45,862 nucleotides of DNA from Nemertoderma westbladi (lineage: Eukaryota > Animalia > Xenacoelomorpha), in NCBI GenBank assembly GCA_032718475.1, contig JAUCBJ010003821.1:1-45862 (forward strand), read 5' to 3'. Shown here piece after piece: positions 23,918 to 37,480 of this stretch. The notes under the pieces were generated by a model. The model was given only the letters and a program-made list of their open reading frames with translations. It was not told the DNA's origin and made no database searches. Both the position numbers and the translations under genes were made by a program. Each line of letters begins with the position of its first letter. Within the stretch, counting starts at the first letter, position 1.

Positions 23918-24394
23918 CTAAATACTAGAAAAAGTAACAAAATACTAAAGAATATATTCGTGTTTAAATGTAGGGGGGGGGGGGGGGGGGGGGAATATTC
24001 TTATGAGGAGGTGGGGAACCCCGGCGAGAAAGTTATCACAATCAAACCGTCGGCTTCCTTTAACGTGTTCTAGAAGATTTTTATGTTGCTATACATCACA
24101 CTGTACATCGCAAATAAAGTGCTATAATTCTTTGACATTACCCCCACCCAGAAATTTTTCTATAAATCGTAATTAGATTGCATGAAATTTGAAACAGAGA
24201 TAGTTTCACCTCCCGACCACTGACTGGGTGAGCCAGAATTTGTATTTTTGCTTTCAATCTTTAGCTACAAACCTAACAGCTTCAAAACAGATCATGTTAA
24301 AGTGACAAGAACATTGCGGTTCAACCTCCAGAGCTGTGTTTGTTCACTAACTGAACAAAAACACAAACTTTCTATTAATTAAACTATAACTAAC

Positions 24395-24866
24395 GGTACC
24401 GGTATAAAACTATACGATATAAACCCACCAGTTTGTCGGAGCTCGATCTCCCAACCCGGACTCGAATCTTCTCGGAATCGCCAGCCAACCGGACTTCCTG
24501 GGATACCGGAATCAGTGTGTATTCGTACCAGACGCCCACATTGCGGGTTACTGGGGCAACCGTACACAACTCGTATGTAACAATGGCGGGAATAACAGCA
24601 GAGCATGTAGTTGCGATTGCTACTCGTTTATTCCGGGTAATATTATCTGTTCTAGAACGGCGTTTTTTACGGGATTTTTGATGTTTTGATATTCCTAGTA
24701 AAGTCGCATCGTCATTGGCTACTAGTAGAATATCCGGGGCTGTTGCTATGGTACCCGCGGCGAATTCGGTACATATTTTAGGGATAATTTGAGCCACACA
24801 AGTTCCCACCTTGTCAGTGTGGTGGACAATGGCCCCAGTTGAGTACTGGACATCCAGTTGTATGTG
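24395..24866 (-). CDS. Cadherin-like gene exon with a polybasic insert
   Basis: tttcag acceptor in phase 0, open frame. Donor position uncertain (gttagt at 24394 assumed). Confidence 0.7.
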
Positions 24867-25211
24867 CTGAAATTAAAACAAATGAAATAAGTGAAACAAA
24901 TGAAATAAGTGTTACGACCAGTTTACTATTTCTGTAATTAAAGAAGATTTATAAAGTCTTTAATCATTAATAACTATTTACGTTTTAGGTGTTATAGCAA
25001 ATTGAACTAATTTGCTTGGCTCTATCTATATATTGCTTTCAAGCGGCCTATAGTGCCATTAATATAAATTTTATAAGTAAAACAAAATTAAACAAACACC
25101 AACAGAATAGTGTTTAAACATGATCAGAGTTTTCGGGATTTCCGATATAACGATATAACGAAATATTATTAATTATATTAATTACCGATAGGGTAAAACA
25201 ATAGAACCAAC

Positions 25212-25392
25212 CTGCTTAACTATTGATACCTCAACTTTCGCAGTTGAGCTTGAACCATCTGTTTTCGCCGTTGCCCGGACAACAATGGTATCCATGGTAT
25301 CCGCGGTCACCCCAGCAACCGATTCCACTAGTGTAACGAATCCGCTGACCTCATCAATAGCGTATCTAGTCACCTGGTCAGGGTCGTTGAAC
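25212..25392 (-). CDS. Cadherin-like gene exon
   Basis: ccttag acceptor in phase 2; YAIDEVSGFVTL..IVVRAT; CAG|gttggt donor (an alternative phase-0 donor lies near 25230). Confidence 0.8.
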
Positions 25393-25410
25393 CTAAGGAA
25401 AAGTTTACGG

Positions 25411-28269
25411 TGTAACAGCTGTGTTCTATATAACAGCTGTGTTTTGTAACAGCTGTGTTCAAATACAGCTGTGTTCTATAACAGCTGTGTTCTATATAAC
25501 AGCTGTGTTCTGTAACAGCTGTGTTCAAATACAGCTGTGTTCTATAACAGCTGTGTTCAAATACAGCTGTGTTCTATAACAGCTGTGTTCAAATACAGAT
25601 GTGTTCTATAACAGCTGTGTTCAAATACCGCTGTGTTCTATAACAGTTGTGTTCAAATATAGCTGTGTTATATAACAGCTGTGTTATATAACAGCTGTGT
25701 TATATAACAGCTGTGTTATATAACAGCTGTGTTCAAATACAGCTGTGTTCTATAACAGCTATGTTCTATAACAGCTGTGTTCTATAACAGCTGTGTTCAA
25801 ATACAGCTGTGTTCTATAGCAGCTGTGTTCAAATACAGCTGTGTTCTATAACAGCTGTGTTCAAATACAGCTGTGTTCTATAACAGCTATGTCCTATAAC
25901 AGCTGTATTCTATCACAGCTGTGTTCAAATACAGCTGTGTTCTATAACAGCTGTGTTCAAATACAGCTGTGTTCTATAACAGCTGTGTGCAAATACAGCT
26001 GTGTTCTATAACAGCTGTGTTCTATAACAGCTGTGTTCTATAACAGCTGTGTTCAAATACAGATGTGTTCTATAACAGCTGTATTCTATAACAGCGGTGT
26101 TCTATAACAGCTGTGTTCAAATACAGCTGTGTTCTATAACAGCTGTGTTCAAATACAGCTGTGTTCTATAACAGCTGTGTTCAAATACAACTGTGTTCTA
26201 TAACAGCTGTGTTCTATAACAGCTTTGTTCTATAACAGCTGTACTCTATAACAGCTGTGTTCAAATACAGCTGTGTTCTATAACAGCTGTGTTCAAATAC
26301 AGCTTCTTCTATAACAGCTGTGTTCAAATACTGCTGTCTTCTATAACAGCTGTGTTCAAATACAGCTTCTTCTATAACAGCTGTGTTCAAATACTGATGT
26401 CTTCTATAACAGCTGTGTTCTATAACAGCTGTGTTCTATAACAGCTGTGTTCAAATACAGCTGTGTTCTATAACAGCTGTGTTCTATAACAGCTCTGTTC
26501 TATAACAGCTGTGTTCTATAACAGCTGTGTTCTATAACAGCTGTGTTCTATAACAGCTGTGTTCTATAACAGCTGTGTTCTATAACAGCTGTGTTCAAAT
26601 ACAGCTGTGTTCTATAACAGTTGTGTTCAAATACAGCTGTGTTCTATAACATCTGTGTTCTATAACGGCTGTGTTCTATAACAGCTTTGTTCAAATACAG
26701 CTGTGTTCAAATACAGCTTCTTCTATAACAGCTGTGTTCAAATACAGCTGTGTTCTATAACAGCTGTGTTCTATAAAGACTGTGTTCTATAACAGCTGTG
26801 TTCAAATACATCTGTCTTCTATAACGGCTGTGTTCTATAACAGCTGTGTTCTATAACAGCTGTGTTCAAATACAGCTGTGTTTTATAACAGCTGTGTTCA
26901 AATACAGCTGTGTTCTATAACAGCTGTGTTCTATAACAGCTGTGTTCTATAATAGCTGTGTTCAAATACAGCTGTCTTCTATAACAGCTGTGTTCTATAA
27001 CTGCTGTGTTCTATAACAGCTGTGTTCAAATACAGCTGTGTTTTATAACAGCTGTGTTCAAATACAGCTGTGTTCTATAACAGCTGTGTTCTATAACAGC
27101 TGTGTTCTATAATAGCTGTGTTCAAATACAGCTGTCTTCTATAACAGCTGTGTTCTATAACTGCTGTGTTCTATAACAGCTGCGTTCAAATACAGCACTT
27201 TAGTGGAGCGACCTCGGTTAATCCTCTAAGTCGTAGGTCAAATAAGCAGCTAACCGTCTATATCCAATCGGTCCCACCACCGTTTGGACCCAGACGGTAA
27301 CCTGGTGTTTGTACTATTGCCAAGTTTTAGAGTGAAGCTGCACCAAGTTTATTACGACTTTAGACTAGAACATACCTTTTTTAGACTTTTCCATTATATC
27401 TTTTCAGCCAGTTTTCCATAGATTTTTCACGACTTTATTCTACCCTTTTTGAGACTTTTAGACTTTCTACAATCAGTTTTATTATATAACAGCATCATTC
27501 TAATACAGCTGTGTTCTATAACAGCTGTGTTATATAACAGCTGTGTTCTATAACAGCTGTGTTCTATAACAGGTGTATTCTAATCTAATACAGCTCTGTT
27601 CTAATACAGCTGTGTTCTATAATAGATGTGTTCTATAACAGCTGTGTTCTATAACAGCGTTCTATAATTGTTGTGTTCTATAACAGCTGTGTTGAAATAC
27701 ATCTGTGTTCTATAGCAGCCAGATTCTATAACAGCTGTGTTACATAACAACTGTGATTTAAAACAGCTGTGTTCTAAAACAGTTGTAATGTAAAACAGCT
27801 GTGTTCTATAACTAACAGCTGTATTCTATAACAGCTGTGTTCTATAACAGCTGTGTTCAATAAAATATGTGTTTTATAACAGCTGTGTTCTATAACAGCT
27901 ATGTTCTAATACAGCTGTGTTCTATAAAAGCTGTGTTATATAACATATGTGTTCTATAACAGCTGTGTTCAATAACAGATGTGTTCTATAACAGCTGCGT
28001 TCTATAACAGCTGTGTTCTATACCAGCTGTGTTTTATAACAGCTTTGTTCAATAACAGATGTGTTATATAACAGATGTGTTATATAACAGCTGTGTTCTA
28101 TAACATCTGTATTCTAATACATCTGTCAGCTTTGTTCCATAACAAATGTGATCTAAAATTGCAGTGTTCTATAACAGCTGTGTTCTATAGCTGTGTTATA
28201 TAACAGTTGTATTCTAATACAGCTGTGTTCTATAACAGCTGTGTTATATAACAGATGTGTTCTATAACA
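25411..28269. repeat. 16-bp minisatellite, interrupted at about 27198-27484
   Basis: Units TATAACAGCTGTGTTC and AAATACAGCTGTGTTC with palindromic core ACAGCTGT; the right block is more degenerate. Confidence 0.97.
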
Positions 28270-28632
28270 CGTTCGTGGGGCCTTCGCGCAGGACGAGGCT
28301 CAGTTATCAGATACAGATTAAAATTGAGCAATTCTATGCAAAATCGGTACTTAAGAAATTTAAATAAATAATTAAGAAATTTAACCAAAACGCCAATAAG
28401 AATAAATCAAAGAAGAGAGGAATGTTCCCCCTCGCTTCAACCGCCCTCTTATTAATCTGCACCACCCCAACCTAAAGGAGCACAGAGGATAAATGAAAGG
28501 CAGGATAAAGCACGCTGGCTTATTCAGTTATTAGTTACACTAGTTGTAGTGCCCTGTCTTTATGTCCTCTATAGATGTACTTACCCATTGCCAAGTAGTA
28601 GACAATAGCTAGCTAGTACCACTAGTTAAGTT

Positions 28633-28890
28633 CCACCTTGGTGTAGTGGTCGCATTGAATTCACATCTCCCGTAGGTCGTGGGTTCGATCCTCACAGATG
28701 GGCCAGGGCAGTTTTCGTTTCGGCACTAATGCTTTAAAGGTACCAGCCAGGGCGCATCTCTGCCTTGCATCCTTAAGTGGTAGCTAAATGAGTACTGGAG
28801 TTTCCTCTGGGGAGTAAAGTTCTGGGGGGTCCGCACTGGAAATAAGTCGACAGACTTTGAGCGTAATCCCTCCTGGTCTAGTGGCCGAAA
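28633..28890 (+). mobile_element. tRNA-derived SINE with a Nin/Deu-like core
   Basis: A box TGGTGTAGTGG, B box GGTTCGATCC, then core-like GCATCC..TAAATGAGTACTGG..CTGGGGAGTAAAG. Confidence 0.7.
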
Positions 28891-28994
28891 AAAATAACTT
28901 TTAACTTTTTACTCTACTTTAGTATGCCAAGGAATGAGGGAGTTATAGAGTGGCGAGGGCATTTTGATACTTAATTACGTTTAGATCAATTAAA

Positions 28995-29690
28995 AGGAGC
29001 CCCCCCCCCCCCCCCCCCCCCTATTTTTTTTCAAATTTCAATAAAATGCTACAAAATTTGGTATGATAATAGATCGACCCCTTTTCTTACTGGTGGCCTG
29101 TCGGATTTTTTAATTTATGAGCTATTTCGATACAACAAGCCGTTAAAAATCGTCTATTTCGCAATATTTAGCCATTTCCGTCAGCTTTACTTTTCGTCTT
29201 TGGAATGAAATCTAGATATCATTAGAACCGCCTTCATCTGCAGATTCCGAATCTGAAACCCGTTGAAAATTTCACCAAGAACTTCCGGAGATATTATCAA
29301 AATACTAAGGTGTAAATTTTTGTAAAATAAAATATAATTCTATAATTCTAATGTTTTTTTTACTCAATTCTAGAATATTAATTATGGGTAATGAAAAAAC
29401 AAGTTGGAGAGTTTTAAACGCTCAGCTAAATAATAATTAATATTCTAGAATAAATACAACAAAACATCAGAATTATAGCGATTTACGTCTCTGAATTTAC
29501 ACATTAGTATTTTGATAAAATCTTTACCAATTTTTGGTTAAATTTAAAACGGTTTTCAGATTCGGAATCTACAGACGAAGGCGCTTCTAATGATATCTAT
29601 AGACTACATTTCAAAGACGTAAAATAAAGTCTACGGAGGTAGTTAAATATTGCTGAAATTTGAAAAAAATTATGGGGGGGGGGGCTCCGA
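28995..29690. mobile_element. Fold-back (long inverted repeat) MITE
   Basis: GGAGC(C)n and (G)nGCTCC ends; internal arms TAGAACCGCCTTCATCTGCAGATTCCGAATCTGAAA (about 29223) inverted at about 29555-29590. Confidence 0.7.
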
Positions 29691-29887
29691 CCCCCTAAAA
29701 ATGGTTGTTGTATTAAGGGTTATGGTGTAATTAGGTACATAGGTCCTGTGTCGATAAGAGAAAGGAGCAGTTTGCATGATATTCTAACCAAAACAATATA
29801 GGAGAGTCAATAGTATAGGAAACAGTTAAATCTTGCTAATAATCAACTGTTAATTAATAGAAATAAAAGCTACTTTATTACGCAAGG

Positions 29888-32006
29888 CAGGACCTAAAGT
29901 CGTTAGACCTAAAAACGAAAGGACCAAATGGCGTAGGACCTAACAACGAAAGAACCCAATGACGTAGAACCTAACAACTAAATGACCCAATGACGTAGAA
30001 CCTAACAACTAAAGGACCCAATGACGTAGGACCTAACAACTAAAGGACCCAATGACGTAGGACCTAACAACTAAATGACCCAATGACGTAGGACCTAACA
30101 ACTAAAGGACCCAATGACGTAGGACCTAACAACTAAATGACCCAATGACGTAGGACCTAACAACTAAAGGACCCCAAGGCGTAGGACCTAAAAACTAAAG
30201 GACCCAATGACGTAGGACCTAACAACTAAATGACCCAATGGCGTAGGACCTAACAACTAAATGACCCAATGACGTAGGACCTAACAACTAAAGGACCCAA
30301 TGACGTAGGACCTAACAACTAAAGGACCCAATGATGTAGGACCTAACAACTAAATGACCCAATGACGTAGGACCTAACAACTAAAGGACCCAATGACGTA
30401 GGACCTAACAACTAAATGACCCAATGACGTAGGACCTAACAACTAAAGGACCCAATGACGTAGGACCTAACAACTAAATGACCCAATGACGTAGGACCCT
30501 AACAACTAAATGACACAATGACGTAGGACCTAACAACTAAATGACCCAATGACGTAGGACCTAACAACTAAATGACCCAATGACGTAGGACCTAACAACT
30601 AAAGGACCCAATGACGTAGGACCTAACAACTAAATGACCCAATGACGTAGGACCTAACAACTAAAGGACCCCAAGGCGTAGGACCTAAAAACTAAAGGAC
30701 CCAATGGCGTAGGACCTAACAACTAAATGACCCAATGACGTAGGACCTAACAACTAAAGGACCCAATGACGTAGGACCTAACAACTAAATGACCCAATGA
30801 CGTAGGACCCTAACAACTAAATGACACAATGACGTAGGACCTAACAACTAAATGACCCAATGACGTAGGACCTAACAACTAAAGGACCCAATGACGTAGG
30901 ACCTAACAACTAAAGGACCCAATGACGTAGGACCTAACAACTAAATGACCCAATGACGTAGGACCTAACAACTAAAGGACCCCAAGGCGTAGGACCTAAA
31001 AACTAAAGGACCCAATGACGTAGGACCTAACAACTAAATGACCCAATGGCGTAGGACCTAACAACTAAATGACCCAATGGCGTAGGACCTAACAACTAAA
31101 GGACCCAATGACGTAGGACCTAACAACTAAATGACCCAATGACGTAGGACCCTAACAACTAAATGACACAATGACGTAGGACCTAACAACTAAAGGACCC
31201 AATGACGTAGGACCTAACAACTAAAGGACCCAATGACGTAGGACCTAACAACTAAATGACCCAATGACGTAGGACCTAACAACTAAAGGACCCAATGACG
31301 TAGGACCTAACAACTAAAGGACCCAATGACGTAGGACCTAACAACTAAATGACCCAATGACGTAGGACCTAACAACTAAAGGACCCCAAGGCGTAGGACC
31401 TAAAAACTAAAGGACCCAATGACGTAGGACCTAACAACTAAATGACCCAATGACGTAGGACCTAACAACTAAAGGACCCCAAGGCGTAGGACCTAAAAAC
31501 TAAAGGACCCAATGACGTAGGACCTAACAACTAAATGACCCAATGGCGTAGGACCTAACAACTAAAGGACCCAATGACGTAGGACCTAACAACTAAATGA
31601 CCCAATGACGTAGGACCCTAACAACTAAATGACACAATGACGTAGGACCTGACAACTAAATGACCCAATGGCGTAGGACCTAACAACTAAATGACCCAAT
31701 GGCGTAGGACCTAACAACTAAATGACACAATGACGTAGGACCTAACAACTAAAGGACCCCAAGGCGTAGGACCTAAAAACTAAAGGACCCAATGACGTAG
31801 GACCTAACAACTAAAGGACCCAATGACGTAGGACCTAACAACTAAATGACCCAATGGCGTAGAACCTAACAACTAAAGGACCCAATGACGTAGGACCTAA
31901 CAACTAAATGACCCAATGGCGTAGGACCTAACAACTAAAGGACCCAATGGCGTAGGACCTAACAACCAAATGACCCAATGACGTAGGACCTAACAACTAA
32001 ATGACG
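29888..32006. repeat. 31-bp tandem repeat (15+16 dimer), about 68 copies
   Basis: Unit TAGGACCTAACAACTAAA(G/T)GACCCAATGACG with recurring variant units. Confidence 0.97.
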
Positions 32007-32030
32007 TCTTACTGTTAATACTCAACTCAC

Positions 32031-32500
32031 CCATATTTTATATCTCCGTTGTTATTGGCTGATGCTGAAACTCCGGCAACTACAGTACCTATGATCGCCA
32101 GGCTGCTCAATTCGGAGCTGTATAGACCCTGAGAGAACCTGGGGAACCAATCAGAAGGCGACGCACTGAGGTCCAGAGTCAACGTATCCGGTAACAAGTA
32201 TATGCAATCTACGCAGTCTGTAAACGCCATCTGCAGCGCGATATTTACACTAAATGCTGCGTTTGGGTTGATATTGTCCTTGACGCATAGTCTGGTAGCC
32301 AGACTGGGGACAGCGTTCCGTCTGTCCCCAGTCGGGGTCTCCAAGGTGACTAGGTTGGATGCCGCCTTATTGGATATAACGAACTGAGCGCGCACTTCCG
32401 GTGGGACTCCGGTTGCGGTGAGCGTCGCAAAACACTTCCCCGCCTTCGGGTCAACAACACCCGGTGGTTCTTGATCGAAGGTGATAATAACATTAGTCAA
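32031..32500 (-). CDS. Cadherin-like gene exon
   Basis: aattag acceptor in phase 0, GG|gtgagt donor in phase 2; ends PRFSQGLYSSEL..IGTVVAGVSA. Confidence 0.82.
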
Positions 32501-32726
32501 CTAATTGGGAGATAAAATGGTGTTAATGGGTTTAAAATACGGTAGAATGAATATACGGTGGTGTCGTTTGTACAGTACCGGTAGTTTGATAAAGTAGAAT
32601 AAAACATTAGAAGATAAAACAATAATAATTATACTATTAAATTCATTAATTAAATTATCAATATTTTTGGGATAAAGTAAGATATTCTTTGAACTGTACA
32701 ATTAAGTCACACAATAATTATTCAAT

Positions 32727-33691
32727 ACTACTACTACTATAATCGGCCTGCTGCATTGAAACTGCACATTGAGTTGCTACGCTGGCTTAACAAAAATATT
32801 TTTGTCACCACCATGCATCATGCATTCCCCAATGCAGCATGGATTACGAATGCTATTCCGGCTTATCAACAAAATTGCACCGCCACAACTCCCTATCACC
32901 CATGACATTTGCTAGATCATCCGCATCTTCAAGGCCAGTGTCCTTTAAGATGCGTCTCAAGAAAGTCATGGACTGTCCACCATGCTTATTCACTCCATGA
33001 GGCTGCCAAAGTACAAGATTATGCACTGGCTGGTCCTCACGGCGAAAGCAATGTCCTGCGAAGCGGAGGTGTCTTTTTTCAAGTGTTAAGCTTCGGGGAA
33101 TCAATGAGACACATCCAATGTTATTATAGTGTTTTGTTGGAGATGTGTGCATTGTACTTGACACAATGAACCCGGCGTAGCATTATTGTGAAAGTTGCCA
33201 TCCAGAGATTTGGTGTCCTCAGCAGTTAGAGCCCAGCATGGACTCCCATAGAGGAGTACTGGAACTACTGCTGCTCTAAAAAATCGAATCTTAAGTGTCC
33301 GATGAATTCTGTGTGACTTCCAAATCCTGGAAAGCCCATTCAAGGCTGCTCATGCCTTTCCCTTAAGCCCCGTTCACATTCAACGGTGCGTGAGCGTGAA
33401 AGTAGTCTGGCGGTATGGAAGCGGTAAGCCAGCGGTACACTACCCGGATCACGTTCACACCCAACGGTACCGTTGCGGTAACTGATTGTCTATCTGTCGA
33501 CTGTGAATTCAACAGGAAATTTCATTAATTGTTTTAACATTGTTTAAATGGGCTGCGGTAAACCGCGCGGTTTAACGCACAACTACCTGTTGGGTCGTTC
33601 ACAGTCAGCGGTGGACCGCTGGCCCTGCAGTACACCGCGCGGTGTAACGTTCCGTTGGATGTGAACGGGCCTTAAGGTATTCGAAAGTCCT
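32727..33691 (-). mobile_element. 5'-truncated RTE-clade LINE with (AGT)n tail, interrupted by a MITE
   Basis: IWKS..LKIRFFRA.V.PVLLYG..W and LRFAGHCFRR..LVLWQP; short-repeat tail at about 32727. Confidence 0.85.
33367..33671. mobile_element. MITE (PIF/Harbinger-like) inserted in the RTE copy
   Basis: TIR G(C/G)CCCGTTCACAT(T/C)CAACGG with TTAA on both sides; RTE-like sequence resumes after it. Confidence 0.8.
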
Positions 33692-33960
33692 ACTACTACT
33701 AGTACTAGGATCGGCATGCTGCATTGCAGCTGCATTTTTACGAATGCTGTGCCGGCTTATCAACAAAATTGCACCGCCACAACTCCCTATCACCCATGAC
33801 ATTTGCTAGATCATCCGCATCTTTAAGGCCAGTGTCCCCCAAGATGCGTCTCAAGAAAGTCATGGGCTGTCCACCATGCTTATTCACTCCATGAGGCTTC
33901 CAAAGTACAAGATTATGCACTGGTTGGTCCTCACGGCGAAAGCAATGTCCTGCAAAGCGG
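33692..33960 (-). mobile_element. Second RTE 3' fragment
   Basis: Near copy of 32853-33065 with its own (AGT)n tail. Confidence 0.85.
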
Positions 33961-34764
33961 TCCTCAACTGAAACGGATACATGATCCCAGATAACAGAAG
34001 CCGTCCACATGCTCAAGCATATAATCCGTTGAGCTTGTGCTCATACGATCAGACATTTCCTGAGGACTATCAAAGTTAACTGTCAAAATGTTGGTCTTGT
34101 TCGAGTTAACAAAACAGGGGCATTTTGTGACATCAGCGCAATTTGTTTAAAAATCTGATCATTTATCTGTACATACCGGTAGGTGCTAATTGGGGTTGGT
34201 TGCATTCAGTGGGGAATAATGTTTATGCATTTGGGGCTGAATGGTTATTGGGGGTTGGTATGGTTTAAACTCTGTTTGGTGGTACGGTAGGATTTCTAAT
34301 TTATTGGTCATTGTCTTAATTTAGTGGTGCAGTTTTGTTAGGTTAGGTATAGGGTTCGTGGCACACTGCTGATGAGTGGAACCACGGATCACAGCGTTCA
34401 GTGTTTAAATCTCCAAATCCCTTTTATTTTTATAAAATTTATTACTTAGACTTACCTTTTCTGCGGTCAAAATGTCCTATATTTTTCTTAATTTATGGGA
34501 TAGCCTATTTCGTGCAATACTTACCGGTACCTGTAGTTACTGTATGGTTTGGTGCAGTTTTCCTTGTGGTAGTTGGGTTGGGTATGTAGCACTAAAATCG
34601 ATTTGGTATTTCATTTTTATAAGGGGCATTAGTGCCTGAGGAATGACAGTGGCCCAAAATGCTAGGTAGTATCTGAGGGAATAAGACCCCATGTCCTATT
34701 TCATTGTTTTCATATTAATATCACAATCCCTCTAAAGTCGTGGTTGTCTAACATCAAATAGAGT

Positions 34765-36570
34765 TAACAAAAAGACCAACACTAGAAGCAGCCTGTTCTA
34801 ATGAGCTGAGGAGCCGTTGGGCTCCCTCTAGTGATTCTGAGAGAACTCCTAAGTCATCAGCAAAGTCTAGATCAGTTAGGTACTTGGCAGGATTTCCTCG
34901 ACTTCTGGAGAACCTCCTCGACCTCTGAAAAATATTTTATGTCAGTAATACACAATGTTGGTTATGCCAAAATACAATATAAATTTAATCACTATTATAC
35001 ATTTTCCCATTGGCAAGTCAAGTGTTCATCTTTATTAATATCAGGTATTACAGTGTCGGAGTCAATGGCTTCTATGTCCTACTCAAATTATCGACCCTCT
35101 CATCTAAAAATGTGTTAAGTCGAAGTCAACAAGTCGAAGTCGAAGTCGAAGCTAACATTAAAGCATAATATCGCCGTGACGGTCACAAAAGTCGACACAC
35201 CACCACTCCCCCCTCTGTCACAAAATGCCACGCAAGCTCGCCCCCCCCCCCCCCCCCCCCCTCCCCCCTAATGCGTGACATACTTTATGAACGCCCCCTT
35301 TTTGATGATCTAAAGACATGAGTAGAACATGGTCAACCACAATTATGAATAAGAATGTTGCAAGTGTGTCTCCCTGGAGGACGCCCCATAACACTTCGAA
35401 TGGAATTGTGTCACCGTCAACTGTAGACACAAACGTGGAGGAACCATAGTACAGTGATCTGATTGCTGCAATAATTTCATCAGGAATCCCATATAATGAA
35501 AGTATGCTGAACATACGTGAGCGAGAGACTGAATCTACTACTACAGCGATTGGCATGCTGCATTGCTGCTGCACTATATATATATATTACATATATATTA
35601 AGAATGCTGTGCCGGCTTGTCGAGAAGATTGCGCGCCACAACTCCATATCAGCCATGACATTTGCTAGATCATCCGCATCTTCAAAGCCAGTGTCCTTTA
35701 AGATGCGTGTCGAGAAAGTCATGGGATGTCCACCATGCGCATTCACTCTATGAGGCCGCCAAAGCACAAGATAATGCACTGGCTGGTCCTCACGGCGAAA
35801 GCAATGTCCTGCAAAGCGGAGGCGGCTTTGTTCTAGTGTCAAGCTTGGCTTGGAGGAACTAATGAGACACCTCCAAGAGACTGAATCAAAAGCCTTGAAG
35901 AAGTCAGCAAAGTTAACATTCAGACGTCTGTCTTTCTTTTTTTATTAACTCTTCATTTATTATTATTCTTCTTATTTTTCTAGTGCCAAAATGGGTTCCA
36001 TGGTCCCCCCACGACCTTTACGGAACCCATTCTGATTTCCATGGAGCAGTCTCTCAATGGGATCCCTGATGCGATTTAATATAATTCTATTGTATAGCTT
36101 TGCAGCAATCGAGATCAATGAGATTCCCCGAAAAGAACCATAGAGTGTTAGGTTGCCCTTCTTGGGAACTGGCACCAACTTATTTGTTTTCATTTCTTGT
36201 GGGACTCTTGTTGTTCGGTACATGTCTACTATGATGGGATAGATGAGCTTTAAACACTCAGGTATTTTAAAGACCTCAGGGGGAACACCATCTACTCCAC
36301 TGGCACGATTGGTCTTAATGCTCTTTGCAGCAGCCTTCACTTCTGCAAAGGAGATATCGCCAATGGGAATATCTGGGAGTACAGACTCAGACACTTTTAC
36401 TTCTATAAAGTTATCAGGCAATACCCTGTCATTATTGAGGAGTTTTTCAAAGTGGGCTTTCCAACCATTGAGGCGATCGGCTGGTGATTCTACCTTAACC
36501 TTTGTGGTTGGTTGGCCTTTCCTCCCAGCTGATCATTGATGGCATCAACCTGCTGGTTGATAAGCTCCTA
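34765..36570 (-). mobile_element. Fragmented RTE LINE reverse transcriptase region
   Basis: ASGVDG, PVPKKGNL..FRGISL..KLYN, QNGFRKGR, DFFKAFDS, GVLQGDTLA.FLF, LDFADD (about 34860), split by insertions. Confidence 0.85.
35536..35875 (-). mobile_element. Third RTE 3' fragment nested in the RTE RT, 12-bp TSD
   Basis: AGAGACTGAATC duplicated at 35524-35535 and 35876-35887. Confidence 0.85.
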
Positions 36571-36752
36571 TAGATTATCAAGTACAGCCGATTAGTCAAT
36601 AAAATATAATAATAACTATTTATTAACAAGGAAATAAAAAAGGATTTTTTATTTTAATTTCATTATTATCTACAAAGCTAACGGTAAATAATGGAATATA
36701 AATAATATCCAGATGGGAAATACTGAATAAAATAACTAAATAAAATAATTAC

Positions 36753-37297
36753 CTCCATAGCCGTTATATAAACGTAGACCACGCTGTCACTCAATGTTAG
36801 TAGGGTGTCTACATGACACTTAACAACTAGCGACCACACCCGAACCTCAGTAGTAGAGGTGTACTCCGATACCAAACTAATAATCCCGGTATCCTTATCA
36901 ACCTCAAACAGACCTCCATCATTCCCGGACACAATGCTATACTCCAGTGGGAGATGCGCCCTAGCTGGGTCTCTGTACGTGGCGCGGACACCGCTAGGTA
37001 AGTCGGTAATACGGTAGGAGTAAACAGATTTATCGAACACCGGAACTATAAACACGGTGATTTCTACCCCGGTCGCCCCAATACGTAAGGGGTTGAGGAT
37101 TTCGGTGGCGTAAACACCTAAATTTATTTTGTAGTCAGCGTCGTATTTTAGGAACTCTATAGTCGGCAAGGGTTGGTTGATGGTTAGTTCTCCAGACTGG
37201 GGGTCCACCGAGACAATAATCGCCTGTATCGGTTCTACTGAGTACTCGAATGCATCGCCATCAAGGTCAGTGGCTTTTACTGTGCCGAAGTAACGAC
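36753..37297 (-). CDS. Cadherin-like gene exon (cadherin repeats)
   Basis: tttag acceptor, GAG|gtaatt donor; ATDLDGD, VDPQSGELT, YSIVSGN..LFEVD..TG. Confidence 0.9.
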
Positions 37298-37480
37298 CTA
37301 AATATATATGGAAGATGTTTAAAACATGTGGAAAGGAAGCAATATGGATCTGATTTTTAATTTCAATGAAAGGTAACTTCTAAAAATTTCATTTCCTATA
37401 AAATTTTGCAGATTTTCAGATTCTCAGAGTACAATTTTAGAAGTTAAGAGATACTACAGTATACAACCGGTGCCTTGTAC

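Noticed and set aside
28633-28705. tRNA gene
   Set aside because: A and B boxes are present but there is no convincing cloverleaf, and it runs into a SINE core.
32727-32740. ACTACTACT as a Polinton terminal repeat
   Set aside because: It recurs at each RTE 3' end (also 33692 and 35536), so it is a LINE tail.
34456-34591. Two small gtaagt-terminated exon-like pieces on the minus strand
   Set aside because: The flanking cadherin exons already join in phase 0, and these pieces lie in a repeat-derived block.
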